A DNA stretch of 64,000 nt from a virus (lineage: Duplodnaviria; Caudoviricetes), in the IMG/VR virus record IMGVR_UViG_2724679353_000001, positions 10,758 through 74,757 of that record; one strand, written 5' to 3'. A model generated the notes under the pieces. That model was not told where the DNA came from. It saw nothing but the letters and a program-made list of their open reading frames with translations, and made no database searches. This document shows positions 48,894 to 59,082 of this stretch, in pieces; position 1 is the first letter of the stretch; each line of letters opens with the position of its first letter. The translations under genes and the position numbers were made by a program.

Positions 48894-49275
48894 ATTTATC
48901 TTCGGCAAGGCCAGCGAAAGCAACCTGAACGGCGTACATCCTGATTTGGTCAAAGTGGTGCGCCGCGCGCTGGAGCTGACCCCGATTGATTTTAAAGTGA
49001 TTGAGGGCCGCCGCACACTGGAGCGCCAGCGCGAATTGGTCAAGGCCGGAGCCAGCCAAACCCTGAACAGTCGCCACTTAACCGGCCATGCGATCGATAT
49101 CGTACCGCTGCCAGACGGTAAGGTCAGTTGGGAGTGGAAATATTTCTACCCGATGGCCGATGCGATGAAACAGGCCGCCGCCGAGCTGGGGATCACCGTG
49201 GAATGGGGCGGTAACTGGACCACCTTTAAAGACGGCCCGCATTTTCAATTGCCTGCCCGTCAATATCCGGGCTAA
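48880..49275 (+). CDS. Endolysin, M15 (L-Ala-D-Glu) peptidase
   Basis: EGRRT, SRHLTGHAID, DGPHFQL. Confidence 0.9.
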   Translation: MPNHKFIFGKASESNLNGVHPDLVKVVRRALELTPIDFKVIEGRRTLERQRELVKAGASQTLNSRHLTGHAIDIVPLPDGKVSWEWKYFYPMADAMKQAAAELGITVEWGGNWTTFKDGPHFQLPARQYPG

Positions 49276-49279
49276 CACC

Positions 49280-49705
49280 ATGCCACTCTTCAACACCGCC
49301 CCGCTCGCATGGGCGATTACCGCCGCCTTACTGCTTGCCAGTGGCGTACAGACCTACCGCTTGTCTGAGGCTCGGCAAGTGGTGATTGACCAGCTGGCAG
49401 CCGAGGCGGCCAGCAAAAACGGCCAGCTTATCGCGCTGGCACTGACCGCCAATGCCAACAATCAGGCGCAGGCACGATTGCGCCAACAGGTTGCCAGTAC
49501 GGATCAGTTGTTGGCGCAACGCAATAGCCAAATCAAGAGGTTATACCGTGAAAATGAAACCTTACGCCGCTGGGCTGATGCTCCCCTGCCTGATGATATT
49601 ATCCGGCTGCGCCAGCGACCTGCCTTTACCGGGGCCGCAGATTACCGCCAATGGCTGTCCGAAGGTCACAGCCTGCCTGTTTCCGGCAGCCAGCCCGCGC
49701 ACTAA
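49280..49705 (+). CDS. lysB: i-spanin LysB
   Basis: TM plus coiled coil; ENETLRRWADAPLP. Confidence 0.9.
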   Translation: MPLFNTAPLAWAITAALLLASGVQTYRLSEARQVVIDQLAAEAASKNGQLIALALTANANNQAQARLRQQVASTDQLLAQRNSQIKRLYRENETLRRWADAPLPDDIIRLRQRPAFTGAADYRQWLSEGHSLPVSGSQPAH

Positions 49706-49817
49706 CGGCGATTTGAATGACGACATTGACCAGCTAGAGGCGGCTTTGCACGCCTGCGCGGCGCAGGTTGATACTGTACTGGCTTGCCAGCAAGGGGCAG
49801 CCAATGTTAAAGCCTGA
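49548..49817 (+). CDS. lysC: o-spanin LysC
   Basis: Lipobox LSGC; CPKVTAC...TNGDL. Confidence 0.85.
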   Translation: MKMKPYAAGLMLPCLMILSGCASDLPLPGPQITANGCPKVTACLFPAASPRTNGDLNDDIDQLEAALHACAAQVDTVLACQQGAANVKA

Positions 49818-50271
49818 TTCGCTGCGCACCGCCATTTTAAAGGCGGTGCCGTACATCAAGCAAAACCCAGACTGCTTACATGTCTTTATTGATAAAGGGG
49901 CGATTATTGCCACGCTGGCCCCGTCATTATCGTTTGAGTATCAGTACACCTTAAATCTGGTGGTGACCGATTACGCTGATAGCATTGATTTGATTGTGGT
50001 GCCGATCCTGCATTGGTTGCGCACTAACTAGCCGGATATTATGGCAAATCCCGATAAGCGTCAGGATGGTTTCACCTTTGAAGCCGACTATCTGGATAAT
50101 AAGGTTTGTGATATCAGTTTCGACATTAAACTCACTGAGCGAACCATTGTTAAGGAGCAGGACGGAACGTTAACCGTGACACATATGGAAGAGCCGGTGC
50201 CGCCGGAATATTTTGTCAAAAGTTACAAAGTGAATGTTGACGGTAAAACCGTGGCGGAGTGGGCCGCATGA
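49804..50271 (+). pseudogene. R: Tail completion gene R with an internal amber stop
   Basis: MLKPDSLR...WLRTN*PDIMANPD; TAG at 50029-50031 and the frame continues. Confidence 0.85.
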
Positions 50272-50714
50272 ATGACCTGCATGAGCTAGACCAAACCCTA
50301 TCAATTTTACTGGCGCAATTATCCCCACAGGCGCGTGGTGCGTTTATGCGTCAGGTATCCAAAGAGTTACGCCAGCGCCAGCAAAAGCATATTCAGGCAC
50401 AGCAGAACCCGGACGGCTCACCCTTTGTACCGCGCAAGAAGAAACGCCGCGATAAACAAGGCCGCATCAAGCGCAAGATGTTTACCAAGCTGCGCACCGC
50501 CCGTTATATCAAAAATGAATCCAACGCCGATGAGGCCGCCGTCACCTTTAGCGGTAAGGTCAATAATCTGGTGCGAGTGCATCACTACGGCTTGCGGGAT
50601 AAAGTCACAAAAAACGGGCCAACGGTGAAATACGAGCGCCGCCAGTTGCTAGGCTTTACTGACGGCGATAGTGAATGGATTGGGGATCTGGCGTTGGAGT
50701 GGCTTGGGAAGTAA
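50268..50714 (+). CDS. S: Tail completion protein S
   Basis: QQNPDGSPFVPRK, MFTKLR, VHHYGL, RQLLG. Confidence 0.9.
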   Translation: MNDLHELDQTLSILLAQLSPQARGAFMRQVSKELRQRQQKHIQAQQNPDGSPFVPRKKKRRDKQGRIKRKMFTKLRTARYIKNESNADEAAVTFSGKVNNLVRVHHYGLRDKVTKNGPTVKYERRQLLGFTDGDSEWIGDLALEWLGK

Positions 50715-50716
50715 TT

Positions 50717-52258
50717 TTATCTATTACTGTTAAATGAAGCTATTTCCTTATTCACAATTTTATCAATCCTATTATTGATTTCATTGATAGTATTGCTGCC
50801 TAGCCCATCTTTAGTTTTTTGAGAGGCAAATACGCGGATAAAGAATTTTATATGATGATAAGATTTTAAAACATCTTCATAATCGGACAGCTTAATGACA
50901 TCATAACTATTCTCAGGCTTTTTCTTTAAAATCCTTGCATCACTTTTCTCAATATCTTTAAAATTATCCTCCATTTGAAAATCTAGCGCCCACTGCTCTC
51001 CAGAAAAATGCTCACTTAATACATCATTTATTAGTTTTGTTAGCTTTGTTTTTAATTTTTTACATTCCACATCGAATATATTTAAATTTGAAAATGTATG
51101 TTTTTTTTCATATATTTTTTTCCAAACATTTCTTTTAATAACATCATCAATAATATTATTGGCTGGTTCTCCTTTTGTTTTTTCTAATAGGTGAGCTAAG
51201 AACTTTTGATCTGAATGAAGTACGTAGAAATTTTGCATATTTTCAATGATAGTATTTTCATCTTTCAGTTCAATTGTATTTTGTAGCTTTGCTATTTCAC
51301 ATGCTTTATTTAGCATGGCTGATAATGCTCTATTGGTCTTATGAAAATAAACTTGGCTATAAAGACTACTTCTAGCATTAGTAAATTCCAATATGGAGTC
51401 CAATCCACTTTCTTTATAGGCTAAATGGACACGATCATTTATTTTTACAGGGATAAATGACATTAATAATCTTCCATAATCATAAATGCCATATTTTACA
51501 CCTGAAAAATAGCTATCCCTTAATAAATAGTCCATTCTATCTGCATCGATGGGTGAGGATGAAATGATTGAGCCTAATAAAGGATAAATATTTGAATTAC
51601 TTGGTTCATCTTTAAATTTATATTTTTTCTCAACAATTTTTATAATACTATCTGTACTTATTGATTTTATATTGTCCTTGTAAATTTTATCATCATCTAA
51701 TTCACTATCCTTTTTTAAATCCTCGATTATTTTTATGATAAAAATACAGGATACTTGTTCATGCGTTAATATATCATCATCAGCATCAGCATCAAGGGAT
51801 AGTATTCTATCATACTTCTCTTTTTCTTCATTAGTGCACTTATCTCTAAAGTCTTTTTTTTGCATTGCGAAACTATCAAATTGATGAGCTAGAGGGCCAT
51901 GCCCTACATCATGTAGTAATGCAGCGATACGAAGTTCTTGAATAGTGTTACTTTGCAGATCTTGGATATCTAAATATAAGGTTACGTTTTCTTTTTTTCT
52001 CACATATATGGATGCATTTAATTGCATGGTTTTTATTATTTCGTATGCTAAATGCATTACACCAACAGAGTGCTCAAATCTTGAGTGCATAGCTGATGGA
52101 AATACTTTATACAAAAACGTATTTTGTCTAACATCTCTTAATCTTTGGAATAAAGGGTGATCTATTATTTTTTTTTCAAGTTTAGTAATCCTGATAACCC
52201 CATGGATTGGATCAAGAAACTTGCCTAAAAGTAGCTCTTCAAAATTACTCAGTCCCAT
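50717..52258 (-). CDS. HD-domain phosphohydrolase (SAMHD1/dNTPase-like), low-GC accessory gene
   Basis: DPIHG, FQRLR..RQ, HSRFEHS, LLHDVGHGP..H, HE, DADRMDYLLRD; probable start MGLS with AAGGA RBS. Confidence 0.9.
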   Translation of the reverse strand: MGLSNFEELLLGKFLDPIHGVIRITKLEKKIIDHPLFQRLRDVRQNTFLYKVFPSAMHSRFEHSVGVMHLAYEIIKTMQLNASIYVRKKENVTLYLDIQDLQSNTIQELRIAALLHDVGHGPLAHQFDSFAMQKKDFRDKCTNEEKEKYDRILSLDADADDDILTHEQVSCIFIIKIIEDLKKDSELDDDKIYKDNIKSISTDSIIKIVEKKYKFKDEPSNSNIYPLLGSIISSSPIDADRMDYLLRDSYFSGVKYGIYDYGRLLMSFIPVKINDRVHLAYKESGLDSILEFTNARSSLYSQVYFHKTNRALSAMLNKACEIAKLQNTIELKDENTIIENMQNFYVLHSDQKFLAHLLEKTKGEPANNIIDDVIKRNVWKKIYEKKHTFSNLNIFDVECKKLKTKLTKLINDVLSEHFSGEQWALDFQMEDNFKDIEKSDARILKKKPENSYDVIKLSDYEDVLKSYHHIKFFIRVFASQKTKDGLGSNTINEINNRIDKIVNKEIASFNSNR

Positions 52259-52456
52259 AGTTACTTCCTTATTAAATTTATAGTTATCAATTTTAATTAT
52301 TAGCTTGATAACATTATTGAGGTGAAACCATCTGCTCATCAATTGAGCGGTTAATTACAATTAAGCATAGGTAATGTAACTATAACTTACAGATTGTAAA
52401 AGATAATAAAATACTAACCAGTAACAATAAAATATTCTCCATTAGTGTATTTCCTT

Positions 52457-52474
52457 TGTGCCATCCCTCACACA
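52457..52474 (+). promoter_or_regulatory. Ogr-binding site of the V promoter
   Basis: tgtgccatccctcacaca = TGT-N12-ACA. Confidence 0.8.
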
Positions 52475-52520
52475 AAACCCATCACATGCCGCGCGCGCCC
52501 GTAGGCGGCACACTGGCCGC

Positions 52521-53156
52521 ATGAATATCCTTATTGCTGGCCTTAAACGCCTGTTGGCTAACATTATCCGCATTGGCATCGTCTCAGACGTCGATCTTGC
52601 TAACGGATTGTGCAGAGTCAAGATAGGCAACCTTGAAACCGATTGGCTCAATTGGTTAACCCTGCGCGCCGGTCGGGTGCGTTTTTGGTCTGCGCCATCA
52701 AAAGGTGAGCAAGTGATGGTACTCAGTATTGGCGGTGAACTCACCACCGGCTTTGTGCTGCCTGCCATCTTTTCGGATGCCAATCCAGCGCCGTCACAAT
52801 CAGCGGATGGCATGGTGATCACCTTTCCTGATGGTGCGCGATTTGAGTATGAGCCGGAAACCAGCCACCTAGCGGTAACCGGAATAGCCACGGCAGTGAT
52901 TGAGGCCAGCGAGGCAGTCACTGTCACCGCCCCCAATATCACCTGTACTGCCTCGGTCAAAATCACACTGGATACACCAGAAGTGGAATGCACCAATAAC
53001 CTGACTACCGCCACCTTAGAAGTGAAACAAGGCGGCAAAATGAGCGGAAATATTGAGCATTCCGGCGGCCTGTTCTCATCCAATGGGGTGGTGGTTGATA
53101 AGCATGACCACGGCGGCGTGCAGCGTGGTGGCGATTGGACTGAGGGGGTTAAATGA
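52521..53156 (+). CDS. V: Baseplate spike
   Basis: TDWLNW...RAG...PSKGEQV; C-terminal HDH. Confidence 0.93.
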   Translation: MNILIAGLKRLLANIIRIGIVSDVDLANGLCRVKIGNLETDWLNWLTLRAGRVRFWSAPSKGEQVMVLSIGGELTTGFVLPAIFSDANPAPSQSADGMVITFPDGARFEYEPETSHLAVTGIATAVIEASEAVTVTAPNITCTASVKITLDTPEVECTNNLTTATLEVKQGGKMSGNIEHSGGLFSSNGVVVDKHDHGGVQRGGDWTEGVK

Positions 53157-53509
53157 CCAGCGATAAATATAGCGGTATGAACCGCAACACTGGCTTGCAG
53201 ATCGACGATATTGACCATATTCGCCAATCAATCAGCGACATTCTGACCACGCCGCAAGGCACGCGGGTGATGCGCCGTGATTATGGCTCACTGTTATCCA
53301 CCCTGATCGACCAGCCACAAAATCCCGCTCTGCGCCTCAAAATGATGGCGGCGGTGTATGGCGCGGTGATGCGCTGGGAGCCGCGTGTGACTTTAAATGC
53401 CATCAGTATCACCACCCAGATTAACGGCCAGATGATAGTGGATCTATCCGGCAGTCGCACCGATAGCGATAGCCGGTTGAGTTTGGTCGTACTACTAGGA
53501 GGCCAATAA
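53153..53509 (+). CDS. W: Baseplate protein W
   Basis: HIRQSISDILTTPQGTRVMRRDYGS. Confidence 0.93.
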   Translation: MTSDKYSGMNRNTGLQIDDIDHIRQSISDILTTPQGTRVMRRDYGSLLSTLIDQPQNPALRLKMMAAVYGAVMRWEPRVTLNAISITTQINGQMIVDLSGSRTDSDSRLSLVVLLGGQ

Positions 53510-54417
53510 TGGCAATCATTGATTTAAGCCAGTTACCGGCCCCGCTGGTGATTGAGTCACTGGATTTTGAAAGCCTGTTTGCCATACGCAAAGAGGAATT
53601 TATCGCCCTATATCCGGCTGACCAACAAGACGCCGTGCGCCTAACGCTGTCATTTGAGTCGGAACCCATAGTGAAACTGTTGCAGGAGAGTACCTACCGT
53701 GAATTGCTGTTGCGTCAGCGTGTCAATGAGGGGGCGCAGGCGGTGATGGTGGCTCATGCTATCGGCAGTGATTTAGATCACCTCGGCGCAAACAATGGTA
53801 TTGCGCGGTTGACCATCACAGCGGCCAATCCAGACGCCATCCCGCCCACTGCCGCAGTGATGGAGTCTGACGACGATTTCCGGGTGCGTATCCCGCAGGC
53901 TTTTGAGGGCTTGAGCGTGGCCGGGCCAACCGGCGCTTACGAATATCACGCTCGTAGTGCGGATGGCCGGATTGCTGACGCCTCCGCCATTAGCCCGTCT
54001 CCCGCTTGCGTTACCGTTACTGTGCTCTCTCGCGAGGGGAACGGCGTAGCCGCACAAGATTTATTGGATAAAGTTTTTACCGTGCTGAATGATGAGAACG
54101 TGCGCCCGGTGGCTGATCGGTTAACCGTCAACTCCGCCGATGTCGTGGAGTATCAGATTGACGCCACGCTCTATTTTTATCCGGGGCCGGAAGCCGAGCC
54201 GATTCGCGCCGCAGCCGAAGCCCGATTGCAAAGCTATATCAGCACCCAGCGCCGGTTAGGCCGCGATATTCGTCTATCAGCTATTTATGCCGCGCTGCAT
54301 GTTGAGGGGGTGCAACGGGTGGAGCTGGTCGCGCCGCTGGCGGATGTGGTGCTGGATAGAACGCAGGCCGCTCACTGCACCGGTTATACCTTGACGGTGG
54401 GCGGTTCCGATGAATAA
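53509..54417 (+). CDS. J: Baseplate protein J
   Basis: IDLSQLPAP, SVAGPTGAY, VRPVADR. Confidence 0.95.
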   Translation: MAIIDLSQLPAPLVIESLDFESLFAIRKEEFIALYPADQQDAVRLTLSFESEPIVKLLQESTYRELLLRQRVNEGAQAVMVAHAIGSDLDHLGANNGIARLTITAANPDAIPPTAAVMESDDDFRVRIPQAFEGLSVAGPTGAYEYHARSADGRIADASAISPSPACVTVTVLSREGNGVAAQDLLDKVFTVLNDENVRPVADRLTVNSADVVEYQIDATLYFYPGPEAEPIRAAAEARLQSYISTQRRLGRDIRLSAIYAALHVEGVQRVELVAPLADVVLDRTQAAHCTGYTLTVGGSDE

Positions 54418-55018
54418 GCGCTTATTGCCAGTTGGCTCTACCCCGCTGGAGATCGCCGCCGCACAAGCCTGTGCACGTATGGCAGATATTGAGGTGCCAT
54501 TAAGCAAACTGTGGAACGCCGATACCTGCCCGCTGGCATTGCTGCCCTATCTGGCGTGGGCGTGGTCAGTGGATCGCTGGGATGAAAAATGGCCGGAAGC
54601 GACTAAACGCTCAGTGGTGAAAGCCGCTTACATCGTGCATAAGCGCAAAGGCACTATTGGCGCGATTCGGCGTGTGGTGGAGCCGCTCGGCTATTTGATT
54701 AAGGTGATTGAGTGGTGGAAAACCAACGAAGCTCCCGGCACTTTTCGTCTGGATGTTGGCGTGCTGGAGACCGGTATTACTGAGGAGATGTATCAGGAGT
54801 TGGAGCGGCTGATTGATGATGCCAAGCCGTGCAGCCGCCATCTGATCGGCCTGTCGATTAATCTCGATGTAAACGGAACGATCCCCATCAGCGCCGCCAG
54901 CTATGACGGCGACGAAATGACCATTTACCCCTATCTACCCGAAACCATTACCGTCAGCGGCCAAGGCTATTGCGGCGGCGTGGTACATCTGATTGATGAT
55001 ATGAGAGTGAACCCATGA
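54410..55018 (+). CDS. I: Tail protein I
   Basis: LLPYLAWAWSVDRWD, HKRKGT. Confidence 0.95.
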   Translation: MNKRLLPVGSTPLEIAAAQACARMADIEVPLSKLWNADTCPLALLPYLAWAWSVDRWDEKWPEATKRSVVKAAYIVHKRKGTIGAIRRVVEPLGYLIKVIEWWKTNEAPGTFRLDVGVLETGITEEMYQELERLIDDAKPCSRHLIGLSINLDVNGTIPISAASYDGDEMTIYPYLPETITVSGQGYCGGVVHLIDDMRVNP

Positions 55019-56466
55019 CAGTGAAATATTTTGCGCTACTGACCAATTTGGGGGCGGCCAAGCTGGCAAACGCGGCCGCTCTCGGTACCCCATTACAGAT
55101 TACACAGATGGCGGTGGGGGATGGCGGCGGTGTATTACCCACCCCTAACCCGGCACAAACTCAGCTTTTGGGTGAAAAACGCCGCGCCGCATTGAATTCA
55201 TTGAGTATTGATGAGGCGAATAGTAGCCAGATTATCGCCGAGCAAGTGATCCCCGAAACGGATGGCGGTTGGTGGATACGCGAAGTTGGCCTGTTCGATA
55301 AAGACGGTATTTTGATCGCCATTGCCAACTGCCCGGAAACCTACAAGCCCCAGTTGCAGGAGGGCAGCGGCCGTACGCAGACCGTGCGTATGGTGCTGAT
55401 TGTTAGCAGTACCGAAGCTATCACGTTAAAAATCGATCCGTCGGTAGTACTGGCAACGCGTCAATATGTTGATAAAAAGGTGGATGATAAGGCGATTGAG
55501 GTTAAGCAGTACGCCGATAAGTTGCTGGCTGATCACGAAAAGTCACGCAATCACCCGGACGCATCGTTAACCGCCAAAGGTTTTGCAAAATATAGCAGTG
55601 CCACAACCAGCGATAGCGAAGTGTTGGCCGCCACACCGAAAGCAGTTAAAACCGTAGCGGATAATGCAGCTAAAGCATTAGATGACCACCAAAAAGCAGA
55701 TAACCCACACTCGCAATATTTGCAGATGGGGCAATTAACCGGCGTAGTTGGCACCGCACGTAATGCCCGAATGAGTGTGACAGTGGCATCAGCAACAGCG
55801 ACATTCACAGCGGAGGAATTGATTGTTCAGGCGGGGCTGGGTTGGCTTCAGTACAAATTAGCTGGATTTAATAAATCAGTTAATTTGGGGATTACTGGTG
55901 CTGGCGGCATGGATACAGGGAGCGCCCCGGCAAATGGATTTGTTGCGTTGTATGTCATTTACAACCCAACCACGCAGGGAAGCGCGCTGCTGGCCGTGAA
56001 TGCCACATCGACAGTTGCGCCAGAGGTATGTGTGGGTGTAATGCCTACGGGCTATACGGCCTCGGCACTGGTGTCGGTATGGGGAATAACCTCATCATTA
56101 TTCAGAATTGGTTTTCAATCCAATCGGCACATCGCAATCCCAACCACTAACATTTATTCAGTGTCTGGCGGAACAGTAACGCAAACAGTGTTAGGTGTTT
56201 CACCGGTAGCCCCCCCTAATGCCAAACAAATTGATATTGCCATTACCGCAAATGAAACCGTCGCGGGTAACGGTGTGGCGCTGAATATTGCCTCATCTAC
56301 ATCAGGTATCGGGCAGTTTGGCGCAGTTTCAACCGTTACAGGGCAAACAGCAACTGCAATTACCACCGGCACGCTGGCATTAATAGAAAGTCAGCGTCTT
56401 TACTTTTCAATGTCTAACACCAACCCCGGCACCTACATCATTGCAGGCCGAGGTTATAGCCTTTAA
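55015..56466 (+). CDS. H: Tail fibre
   Basis: P2 H N-terminus MAVGDGGG, GGWWIRE, AATPKAVK; divergent C-terminus. Confidence 0.9.
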   Translation: MTVKYFALLTNLGAAKLANAAALGTPLQITQMAVGDGGGVLPTPNPAQTQLLGEKRRAALNSLSIDEANSSQIIAEQVIPETDGGWWIREVGLFDKDGILIAIANCPETYKPQLQEGSGRTQTVRMVLIVSSTEAITLKIDPSVVLATRQYVDKKVDDKAIEVKQYADKLLADHEKSRNHPDASLTAKGFAKYSSATTSDSEVLAATPKAVKTVADNAAKALDDHQKADNPHSQYLQMGQLTGVVGTARNARMSVTVASATATFTAEELIVQAGLGWLQYKLAGFNKSVNLGITGAGGMDTGSAPANGFVALYVIYNPTTQGSALLAVNATSTVAPEVCVGVMPTGYTASALVSVWGITSSLFRIGFQSNRHIAIPTTNIYSVSGGTVTQTVLGVSPVAPPNAKQIDIAITANETVAGNGVALNIASSTSGIGQFGAVSTVTGQTATAITTGTLALIESQRLYFSMSNTNPGTYIIAGRGYSL

Positions 56467-56476
56467 GGGGAGAATC

Positions 56477-56662
56477 ATGCTTGTTCAATTTTCCGATGCA
56501 AAGAAAACACGCGTTATTGCTTATCTGGCGGGGCCGCAAGACCCCGATTATTTCCCCCATCAAGGAGAGATAGACACTGATGATCCTATGTGGGCGGCCT
56601 TTTATGACAAAGTACATATGTGGATGGATGGTTTGCCGGAGCCGGTGACACCTCAGAGCTAA
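56477..56662 (+). CDS. Short tail fibre assembly-like protein
   Basis: GGAG RBS; position of P2 G. Confidence 0.6.
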   Translation: MLVQFSDAKKTRVIAYLAGPQDPDYFPHQGEIDTDDPMWAAFYDKVHMWMDGLPEPVTPQS

Positions 56663-56729
56663 AATAGATGGCCGCTAATTTTGGCGGCCATCTATGAGGC
56701 ATCTAGTACCGTAATAATTAATTCTCTCT

Positions 56730-56747
56730 TGTGCCACCCCTCACACA
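56730..56747 (+). promoter_or_regulatory. Ogr-binding site of the F promoter
   Basis: tgtgccacccctcacaca, one mismatch to the V-promoter site. Confidence 0.8.
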
Positions 56748-56818
56748 ACCCCCACCCACTGCCCCGCGCGTAGTTATCCGGCATCATAGCGAATGAACGC
56801 TTAACCGGAGAAAACCGT

Positions 56819-57994
56819 ATGTCTGCAACCGATTACCACCACGGTGTGCGCGTCATTGAAATTAGCGAAGGCACTCGCCCGATCCGCACTGTCAGTACGG
56901 CGGTGGTCGGGATGGTTTGTACCTCCGATGATGCTGACGCCACCCTGTTTCCACTCAATACCCCGGTATTACTCACCGATGTGCTGGCCGCCAGCGGCAA
57001 GGCCGGTGAAACCGGCACATTGGCCCATTCACTGGATGCTATCAGCGACCAAACCAAGCCCGTGACTATTGTTGTCCGAGTGGCGCAGGGTGAAACCGAA
57101 GCCGAAACCACCTCCAATATTATCGGCGGCTCCACGCCAGATGGCCGCTATACCGGCATGAAAGCGCTGTTAGCGGCACAGGGTAAGTTTGATGTTAAAC
57201 CGCGCATCTTGGGGGTGCCCGGTCATGACACCAAAGCGGTTGCTACTGAACTACTTGCCATAGCTCAGAGCCTACGAGCCTTTGCCTACATCAGCGCCTA
57301 TGGCTGTAAAACCAAAGAAGAGGCTATTATCTATCGCGATAATTTCAGCCAGCGTGAAGCGATGGTGATTTGGCCGGATTTCCTCAGTTGGGATACGGTC
57401 ACCAATGCCGAAACCACCGCCTTTGCCACCGCCCGCGCACTCGGCTTACGCGCCAAGATTGATAATGATGTTGGCTGGCATAAAACCCTGTCTAACGTCG
57501 GGGTGAATGGCGTCACTGGCATTAGCGCGGATGTGTTCTGGGATCTGCAAAACAGCGCCACCGATGCCAATTTGCTTAACAGCAAAGATGTCACCACGCT
57601 GATCCGCAAAGATGGCTATCGCTTTTGGGGTTCCCGCTCCTGTTCCGATGATCCGCTGTTTGCCTTTGAGAACTACACCCGCACCGCGCAGGTACTGGCT
57701 GACACTATGGCCGAGGCCCATATGTGGGCCAACGATAAGCCGCTTACCCCGTCACTGGCAAAAGACATTATTGAGGGTATTCGCGCCAAAATGCGCGAGC
57801 TGAAATCATTGGGTTATCTGATTGATGGCGATTGCTGGTATGACGACAGCGTCAACGATAAAGAGACCCTCAAAGCGGGCCGCCTGTTTATTGATTACGA
57901 CTATACCCCGGTGCCGCCGCTGGAGGATTTAACCCTGCGCCAGCGGATTACGGATCGTTATCTGGCTAATTTCGCCGCCGCCGTTAATAGCTAA
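56819..57994 (+). CDS. FI: Tail sheath
   Basis: [29 protein letters not shown]. Confidence 0.95.
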   Translation: MSATDYHHGVRVIEISEGTRPIRTVSTAVVGMVCTSDDADATLFPLNTPVLLTDVLAASGKAGETGTLAHSLDAISDQTKPVTIVVRVAQGETEAETTSNIIGGSTPDGRYTGMKALLAAQGKFDVKPRILGVPGHDTKAVATELLAIAQSLRAFAYISAYGCKTKEEAIIYRDNFSQREAMVIWPDFLSWDTVTNAETTAFATARALGLRAKIDNDVGWHKTLSNVGVNGVTGISADVFWDLQNSATDANLLNSKDVTTLIRKDGYRFWGSRSCSDDPLFAFENYTRTAQVLADTMAEAHMWANDKPLTPSLAKDIIEGIRAKMRELKSLGYLIDGDCWYDDSVNDKETLKAGRLFIDYDYTPVPPLEDLTLRQRITDRYLANFAAAVNS

Positions 57995-58005
57995 GGAGCT
58001 TAATC

Positions 58006-58521
58006 ATGGCATTACCACGCAAACTTAAGTTCCTGAATGTATTCAATGACGGGAACAGCTATCAAGGGGTGGTTGAGTCCATCACCTTGCCCAAACTCAG
58101 CCGCAAATTTGAAGAGTTTCGCGGTGGCGGGATGAACGGCAGCGCCAAGGTTGATTTGGGGCTGGCTGATGGGGCGCTAGACGTTGATTGGACGCTGGGC
58201 GGCATAGAGTCCGAAATCTACAAACAGTGGGGCGTGACCAAGGTCGATGGGGTGTTACTGCGCTTTGCAGGTTCCTATCAGCGCGATGATACCGGCGAAA
58301 CCCACGCGGTAGAAATTGTGATGCGCGGCCGTCATGAGGAAATTGACGGCGGCGATAGCAAGCAAGGTGATAACACCACCACCAAGATTTCCACCAAAAA
58401 CACCTACTACAAATTGACGTGGGACGGCGAAGTGCTGATCGAGGTCGATATTGTGAATATGGTCGAAATGGTCAACGGCGTTGATATGCTAGAAGCCCAC
58501 CGCCGCAATATTGGCTTGTAA
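58006..58521 (+). CDS. FII: Tail tube
   Basis: MALPRKLK...RGGGMNG. Confidence 0.95.
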   Translation: MALPRKLKFLNVFNDGNSYQGVVESITLPKLSRKFEEFRGGGMNGSAKVDLGLADGALDVDWTLGGIESEIYKQWGVTKVDGVLLRFAGSYQRDDTGETHAVEIVMRGRHEEIDGGDSKQGDNTTTKISTKNTYYKLTWDGEVLIEVDIVNMVEMVNGVDMLEAHRRNIGL

Positions 58522-58597
58522 CATGGCGGAAGCCATCGCGTGGATAATTTCGCACCTAATTTCATTTTTTATCTTTTACTTTATTTGGAAAGTCATC

Positions 58598-58948
58598 ATG
58601 AAAGACGCAAAAACAACAGAGACCGGCGCGGAAATTGATACTGTCGCACTGGAGCAAGACAAATTTAATGTGATCACGTTGGATGTGCCTATTGTCCGGG
58701 GTAATACCACTATTACCGAAGTCACGGTGAATAAGCCCACCGCTGGCGCATTGCGTGGGGCCAAGTTGCAAGCGCTGTTAGATACCGATGTTGATGCATT
58801 GATCCGGGTGTTACCTCGCATCACTACCCCCAATCTGACCGTGCCAGAAATCAGCAACCTTGATCCGGCTGATATCTACGCACTGTCTCAGGCACTGGCG
58901 CTTTTTTTCTTGCCGAACTCGGTCAAGTCCGACTTCCTGAACGCTTAA
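58598..58948 (+). CDS. E: Tail assembly chaperone E
   Basis: KPTAGALRG...VLPRITTP. Confidence 0.9.
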   Translation: MKDAKTTETGAEIDTVALEQDKFNVITLDVPIVRGNTTITEVTVNKPTAGALRGAKLQALLDTDVDALIRVLPRITTPNLTVPEISNLDPADIYALSQALALFFLPNSVKSDFLNA

Positions 58949-59082
58949 CGGTTGACGATTTGGTAGCGGATATCGCGGTCACCTTTCACTGGCCGCCATC
59001 CGCCACCGATCCGATGACTGTCGGCGAGCTTTTAGAGTGGCGACATAAAGCCATTATCCGTAACGGGGGCAGTGATGAGTGA
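58903..59082 (+). CDS. E': E' extension reached by programmed -1 frameshift
   Basis: T TTT TTC slippery site at 58903-58909; -1 frame reads LTVDDLVADIAVTFHWPPS...LLEWRHKA to TGA 59082. Confidence 0.85.
   Translation, partial: FFLAELGQVRLPERLTVDDLVADIAVTFHWPPSATDPMTVGELLEWRHKAIIRNGGSDE

Noticed and set aside
55015-56700. Tail fibre inversion or diversity-generating system
   Set aside because: No invertase, reverse transcriptase, inverted fibre segment or template repeat seen.
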